Assembly (NCBI GenBank): GCA_947504045.1 | Contig: CANNFY010000005.1 | Location: 86,549-150,548 of the forward strand | Source of the DNA: an uncultured Maribacter sp. | GTDB taxonomy: Bacteria > Bacteroidota > Bacteroidia > Flavobacteriales > Flavobacteriaceae | DNA: 64,000 nucleotides | Reading direction: 5' to 3' | Shown here: positions 59,229-64,000 of the stretch, piece after piece | Numbering within the stretch: position 1 is the first letter of the stretch | How the letters are laid out: the number at the start of each line of letters is the position of its first letter | The notes under the pieces: model-generated | What the model was told of the DNA's origin: nothing | Databases searched by the model: none | Seen by the model: the letters and a program-made list of their open reading frames with translations, nothing else | Position numbers and translations under genes: made by a program

Positions 59229-61730
59229 TTAAAAATTAAACCCAAAAGTGCCCGTTACACTAAAAGGTCTTGCATCTGGTGTATCTAAATAATTACCTCT
59301 AAAGTTAAAATCTATTCTAAAAATTTTAAATATATTTCCTATTCCAAAAGAATATTCATAGTATATTTTGTCTGAAGGAGCAATTAATGGCGTGGTAACA
59401 TTTGCTGGTGCATTTAAAGCTATATTAGCATCGGACAATTCTCCCCAAACGCCACGCAAACCTATAATTTCTCTTAAATTCCATTTTCTTATTAAGGGTA
59501 TTCTAGAAAATAATCTACCATTAAAATTATGCTCTAAATGTAAAGAAGCATAGGTATCTGTTACAAACTCGTAAAAGTCTAAATTTGGAAATGTTCCGTA
59601 ATTAGAAAAGAAAGTTTGGTTTCCCGGAATTACACTAAGTAACCCAAGCGGAACCTCTCCAAAAGTTTTTCCTAATTCTAATGTACTATACAATCTTCCA
59701 AAGCCTCCTATTTGCCAGGGCTGACTATATGAGAATTGCAACTTACTATAATTAAAATCGCTATTCATTGCGCCTTTTAAACCTTTTGTATAATTTAATA
59801 ACAAAGTACTATAGTTATCGTTAATTGTTCTGCGCTCTACGCCATGCCCAATTGTTTTTTTACCTGGCGTATATATTACAATTGTATTTAAATTAAACTG
59901 TCTAACTTCTGAAGACACTCCTGAAGGAGAATCAGGATTTATATAGTCTAAACTAAAATCTCCGGGTAAAGCAGAGCTTAATGTTCTAAAGTTTGCTCCT
60001 AAAGAAAGCCTTACATTAGTAAAAGGTTCTACTTCTATACTAGCTGCACTTAGGTTAATATTGGTTAATCTATTATTTGCTCCAACTGTTAATAATGAAG
60101 ATGATGCTATGCTTCTTCCTAAAACATCATTTGTTGCTGTTAAACTAACACCTAGCTGCTCAATATCTCTTCTGTTTCCTCCTGAAATTATTAATCTACT
60201 TTTATTATCTAGTAAAAGTTTACCCGATATTCCGTGTTTAAATTTATGGTCTGTAAAACCATAAGCGCCATAACCCTCTATACGCCAAAGGTCATTTGGG
60301 CCATAGTAAGTTCTTGCCCCTAACCTTAACCTTGGTCCTTCTGCATCATTATACCCAAAAACATCATACACAGAACCTATATCAAGATTCCATTTATCTA
60401 TCTCTACATAACCAGAGCCTAAAACACTTACTAAATTATAGTACGATTTAAATTTAGGAACCGTTTTTAAAGTGTCTATTAACTTATAAATTCCTTTTTC
60501 GTCTTTATTTAAAGACTCTAATCTGTTTTTTTTCCAAAACTCATCATCTTTAACAACTACCTCTGGATCAAAAGGGTTACCATCTACTTTATAAAAATCT
60601 TTAGGTTTTTCTTTATCAAAATCATACGCGTTATATACGGTTGTTCTTTTACCGTAAACACCTTTAGATTTTTCTTTCTTTTGAAAACTAAAGTCGCTTA
60701 ACATATAGTCTCTTTTTAAAAGAAAAACAGAATCGTTCATTACATCAAAATCTTGCTCTATATAAATTTCTTTAACCCAATTTATATTAGCACTTTTAGT
60801 TACTTCTAAGTTTATATTTTTAATTGCATAGGTAGAGTCGTTTACCCAAAAATCACCTTTAAAAGTAAGCTCATTTTTACGCCTTGGATAGTATACTATA
60901 TTATAACACCATTTATTATCTATAAAAGCACTGTCTCTTAATGCGTAATTGTAAGTATCAATTCCTGTTCTAGATAATGGACTGGTAAAACTTTTATCGA
61001 AAAATTTTAGGTAATTATCATAAATATCGTAGTCTTGGTACAGGTCTTCTACAAATGCTATTATAGCTTGGTTATTATCGAACCCAGAATTTTTGTTTCC
61101 TAAAATTTCTTCTTTTTCTTGTTTAATTAGGTTGTCTCCATAGACTTTAGAAAAAGTTTCATTTAAAAAAATTGGCAAATACGTTTTTCCAGTAATCTTT
61201 GAAGTATCTAAATCTTGAAAAACAAATTCTAGTCCTTTAAATATTTTTCTCTGCATTAAAGCACTATCAATAGTATTTAAATCAAATTCTACTTTTTCAT
61301 ATTTATCATAAGCATATTGTTTAAACTTACGAACTCCATTTTCTCTTTTTTTAGCCCATATTTTTCGCAAAATATCTACTGCGGGGTTATTTTTTTTGGA
61401 TTGTTTTCCTGCAATAAGTACTACTTCGTTTAGTTGCTCACTAGCTTCTTGAAGCTTAACTTCCATTTCATAGTTAACTTTTGAAGCTAATGTTATTGTC
61501 TGAGTTTCGTAACCTATAAATGAAACAACTAGGGTTGTATAATTTTCGTCTGACTCTAAATAAAATCTTCCATTATCATTTGTAATTGTTCCTTCAGTAG
61601 AGTTTTTATAAAGCACATTTGCAAATGCAACAGGTTCCCCAAGGTTATCTAAAACTATTCCTGATACTTTAGTCTGTGCCTGCAGTAGCAAAGTAACTAG
61701 GAAAAGAAAAAGAAAAGGTATTTTTTTCAT
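59229..61730 (-). CDS. DUF5686 / carboxypeptidase-regulatory-like domain outer-membrane protein
   Basis: Signal peptide and VSGIVLDNLGEPVAFANV CarboxypepD_reg fold. About 830 aa with a beta-barrel-like C-terminus ending in FNF. Confidence 0.6.
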   Translation of the reverse strand: MKKIPFLFLFLVTLLLQAQTKVSGIVLDNLGEPVAFANVLYKNSTEGTITNDNGRFYLESDENYTTLVVSFIGYETQTITLASKVNYEMEVKLQEASEQLNEVVLIAGKQSKKNNPAVDILRKIWAKKRENGVRKFKQYAYDKYEKVEFDLNTIDSALMQRKIFKGLEFVFQDLDTSKITGKTYLPIFLNETFSKVYGDNLIKQEKEEILGNKNSGFDNNQAIIAFVEDLYQDYDIYDNYLKFFDKSFTSPLSRTGIDTYNYALRDSAFIDNKWCYNIVYYPRRKNELTFKGDFWVNDSTYAIKNINLEVTKSANINWVKEIYIEQDFDVMNDSVFLLKRDYMLSDFSFQKKEKSKGVYGKRTTVYNAYDFDKEKPKDFYKVDGNPFDPEVVVKDDEFWKKNRLESLNKDEKGIYKLIDTLKTVPKFKSYYNLVSVLGSGYVEIDKWNLDIGSVYDVFGYNDAEGPRLRLGARTYYGPNDLWRIEGYGAYGFTDHKFKHGISGKLLLDNKSRLIISGGNRRDIEQLGVSLTATNDVLGRSIASSSLLTVGANNRLTNINLSAASIEVEPFTNVRLSLGANFRTLSSALPGDFSLDYINPDSPSGVSSEVRQFNLNTIVIYTPGKKTIGHGVERRTINDNYSTLLLNYTKGLKGAMNSDFNYSKLQFSYSQPWQIGGFGRLYSTLELGKTFGEVPLGLLSVIPGNQTFFSNYGTFPNLDFYEFVTDTYASLHLEHNFNGRLFSRIPLIRKWNLREIIGLRGVWGELSDANIALNAPANVTTPLIAPSDKIYYEYSFGIGNIFKIFRIDFNFRGNYLDTPDARPFSVTGTFGFNF

Positions 61731-61775
61731 TATATATTGTGTTCTATTTTATGGTACTAACAAATAACGTACCAA

Positions 61776-61813
61776 TAAAAAAAGCTTCGACAACTAGTTA
61801 AGTTGGCGAAGCT
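61776..61813 (-). terminator. terminator after pdhB
   Basis: AGCTTCGACAACT / AGTTGGCGAAGCT stem (one mismatch) followed by a U7 run on the minus strand. Confidence 0.7.
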
Positions 61814-61843
61814 ACTATTCTTTTATAAAAGTGTAGGTTTTTT

Positions 61844-62821
61844 TTACTTATATAACACTTTTTTAACTGCAGTAACCACATCTGATGCATTTGGCAACCA
61901 TTCTTCCAATAAAACTGGAGAATATGGTGCTGGAGTATCTGCTGTATTTATTTTAATAATTGGAGCGTCTAAATAATCAAAAGCGTTAGATTGTATATGG
62001 TATGTAATTTCCGTAGCTACATTACCAAAAGGCCATGCTTCTTCTAAAATTACTAATCTGTTCGTTTTCTTAACAGAATCTACAATCGCTTTATAATCTA
62101 AAGGTTTAACTGTACGTAAGTCAATTATCTCACAACTAATACCTTCTTTAGCTAACTCATCTGCTGCTTTATCTGCTTCTTTAATAATTTTACCAAAAGA
62201 AACTATTGTAACATCTGATCCTGATCTACGGATATCTGCAACACCTAAAGGAATTGTAAATTCTCCTTCTGGCACTTCACCTTTATCTCCATACATTTGC
62301 TCAGACTCCATAAATATAACTGGATCGTTATCTCTAATTGCAGCTTTAAGCAAACCTTTTGCATCTTTAGGATTAGATGGCACAACTACCTTTAAACCTG
62401 GGCAGTTTGCATACCAACTTTCAAAAGCTTGCGAATGCGTTGCAGCTAATTGTCCTGCAGAAGCTGTTGGACCTCTAAATACTATAGGACACGGAAACTG
62501 TCCACCAGACATTTGTCTAATTTTTGCAGCGTTATTAATTATTTGATCAATACCTACTAGTGCAAAGTTAAAAGTCATAAATTCTATAATAGGTCTGTTC
62601 CCAGTCATTGTAGAACCTACTCCTATTCCTGCAAAACCTAATTCTGCAATCGGAGTATCTATAACTCTTTTAGGGCCAAATTCATCTAACATCCCTTTAG
62701 AAGCTTTGTAAGCACCATTATATTCTGCAACTTCCTCACCCATTAAATAGATAGATTCGTCTTTTCTCATTTCTTCCGACATAGCTTCTGCTATAGCTTC
62801 TCTAAATTGTAGTGTTTTCAT
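61844..62821 (-). CDS. pdhB: pyruvate dehydrogenase E1 component, beta subunit
   Basis: Typical transketolase-C family beta-subunit sequence (REAI..AM.EEM, DTPI.E.GF.G). 325 aa. Confidence 0.88.
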   Translation of the reverse strand: MKTLQFREAIAEAMSEEMRKDESIYLMGEEVAEYNGAYKASKGMLDEFGPKRVIDTPIAELGFAGIGVGSTMTGNRPIIEFMTFNFALVGIDQIINNAAKIRQMSGGQFPCPIVFRGPTASAGQLAATHSQAFESWYANCPGLKVVVPSNPKDAKGLLKAAIRDNDPVIFMESEQMYGDKGEVPEGEFTIPLGVADIRRSGSDVTIVSFGKIIKEADKAADELAKEGISCEIIDLRTVKPLDYKAIVDSVKKTNRLVILEEAWPFGNVATEITYHIQSNAFDYLDAPIIKINTADTPAPYSPVLLEEWLPNASDVVTAVKKVLYK

Positions 62822-62920
62822 GTTTATAACAATTGGATTCCTAAATTAAATACCTGAAAGGCACGCAAAAATAGGAAATTAAATGTCAAAATAATAACCA
62901 TATTAATCAAAAAAAGTTAT

Positions 62921-62948
62921 AAATTTACTATGCATGCATAGTAAATTT
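62921..62948. promoter_or_regulatory. 28-bp perfect palindrome in the divergent pdhB / etfB promoter region
   Basis: AAATTTACTATGCATGCATAGTAAATTT is its own reverse complement. Its right arm runs into a TAAATTTG -7-type box (62942..62949, plus), 50 nt upstream of etfB. Confidence 0.6.
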
Positions 62949-62999
62949 GAAAATTAATAACTATCTTAGCCCTATCTTATATAAAAGCTTATTTAATCT

Positions 63000-63746
63000 A
63001 TGAAAATATTAGTTTGTATTAGTAATGTACCAGACACTACGTCTAAAATAAATTTTACAGATAATAACACCACGTTTGACACCAATGGTGTGCAATTTGT
63101 CATAAACCCTAATGATGAGTTTGGACTTACAAGAGCCATGTGGTTTAAAGAAAAACAAGGCGCTACAGTACATGTTGCCTCTGTTGGAGGAGCAACTATA
63201 GAGCCCACTATTAGAAAAGCACTTGCAATTGGTGCAGATGAAGCTATACGAGTTAATGCAGAACCTACTGATGGTTTTTTTGTTGCCCAACAACTAGCAG
63301 AAATAGTTAAAAATGGGGACTATAACCTTGTAATAGCTGGGAGAGAGTCTATTGATTATAATGGTGGAATGGTTCCTGGAATACTTGCCTCTTTATTAGA
63401 TATGAATTTTGTAAATACTTGCATTAGCCTAGAAATAGAAGGGGATAAAGCAACTGCACAAAGAGAAATAGATGGTGGAAAAGAAACACTTAGTACTACT
63501 TTGCCTCTTGTTATTGGTGGTCAAAAAGGGTTAGTACAAGAAAGTGATTTAAGAATTCCTAACATGAGAGGAATTATGATGGCCAGAAAAAAAACCTTAA
63601 CTGTTATAGATCCTGTAGATGCACTTAGCGCTACGCAAGAGACTAAATTTGAAAAACCTGCCGCAAAAGGTGCAGTTAAATTAGTAGATGCAAGTAATGT
63701 AGATGAACTAATAAGTTTGTTACATAATGAAGCCAAAGTAATTTAA
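63000..63746 (+). CDS. etfB: electron transfer flavoprotein, beta subunit
   Basis: MKILVCISNVPDTTSKI start and overall ETF-beta pattern. Confidence 0.9.
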   Translation: MKILVCISNVPDTTSKINFTDNNTTFDTNGVQFVINPNDEFGLTRAMWFKEKQGATVHVASVGGATIEPTIRKALAIGADEAIRVNAEPTDGFFVAQQLAEIVKNGDYNLVIAGRESIDYNGGMVPGILASLLDMNFVNTCISLEIEGDKATAQREIDGGKETLSTTLPLVIGGQKGLVQESDLRIPNMRGIMMARKKTLTVIDPVDALSATQETKFEKPAAKGAVKLVDASNVDELISLLHNEAKVI

Positions 63747-63796
63747 TATTAATTCTTTATTCCAACATTTAAAAGGAATATTTTAATTCAAAAAAA

Positions 63797-64000
63797 ATGT
63801 CAGTTTTAGTATATACAGAATCAGAAAACGGAAAATTTAAAAAAAACGCTCTAGAAGTTGCTTCCTATGCAGCAGAAGTAGCTAAGCAATTAGGCACTAC
63901 TGCTACCGCAATTTCAATAAATGCAACAGAAAATGAGGTCTTAGGAACTTACGGTATTACCAAAGTATTAAACGTAACAAAAGATAATTTAAACACATTT
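63797..64000 (+). CDS. etfA: electron transfer flavoprotein, alpha subunit (5' part only; continues past the window)
   Basis: My own translation from the ATG at 63797 gives MSVLVYTESENGKFKKNALEVASYAAEVAKQLG..., a typical ETF-alpha N-terminus directly downstream of etfB. Confidence 0.8.
   Translation, partial: MSVLVYTESENGKFKKNALEVASYAAEVAKQLGTTATAISINATENEVLGTYGITKVLNVTKDNLNTF

Noticed and set aside
62993-63293. Two minus-strand ORFs (62993..63208, 63009..63293) and 63521..63736, all opposite etfB
   Set aside because: They are antisense to a highly conserved ETF-beta frame, so I treat them as shadow ORFs.
1-64000. Signs of mobile DNA, prophage, defence islands or horizontal transfer
   Set aside because: I found no integrase, transposase, tRNA attachment site, restriction-modification, toxin-antitoxin or phage-like genes. 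Gene content is housekeeping plus envelope functions, and I could not compute compositional skew by eye.

Overview
AT-rich chromosomal segment with the hallmarks of a marine Bacteroidota (Flavobacteriia-type) genome. The evidence is a T9SS type-B C-terminal sorting domain, a GLPGLI-family gene, CarboxypepD_reg/DUF5686 outer-membrane proteins, Bacteroidetes-style TTG/TAnnTTTG promoter boxes and no obvious Shine-Dalgarno sequences. Almost everything is on the minus strand. From left to right:

- An aromatic amino-acid operon (pheA, aminotransferase, tyrA, DAHP synthase), preceded by a Phe-rich leader peptide and terminator. I read this as a ribosome-mediated attenuator.
- An acidic surface lipoprotein next to a 4110-aa SprB-like T9SS adhesin.
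- A serine hydrolase, a DUF2807 lipoprotein and a PagL-like acyloxyacyl hydrolase.
- A methionine/one-carbon operon: split MetH, an 82-aa unknown protein, a DinB-family protein and metF.
- A six-gene membrane-associated MoxR module: RDD, SpoIIM-like, DUF4129, DUF4350, MoxR and DUF58.
- DUF805.
- An assimilatory sulfate-reduction operon (DUF2061, cysH, cysD, cysN, sulfite reductase, cobA, FNR-like reductase) with an adjacent Rrf2 regulator.
- An arylsulfotransferase-like lipoprotein.
- A SAM-I riboswitch-controlled operon: metY, a MetX-aspartokinase-homoserine dehydrogenase triple fusion, and a metB/Z-like gene.
- metK with its own structured leader.
- An outer-membrane barrel plus GLPGLI pair.
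- dNK and pepE, and an App1-like phosphatase.
- Membrane and soluble pyrophosphatases.
- DUF5686, pdhB and etfBA.

I saw no rRNA, tRNA, CRISPR array, transposase, integrase or phage genes. Nothing here is demonstrably a new system from sequence alone. The best candidates for under-described biology are the Phe attenuator, the uncharacterised MoxR six-gene module, the giant adhesin that lacks a PorP/SprF partner, the unclassified metK leader, and several strong operator-like repeats and palindromes. All family calls come from motif recognition by eye, not from database searches.
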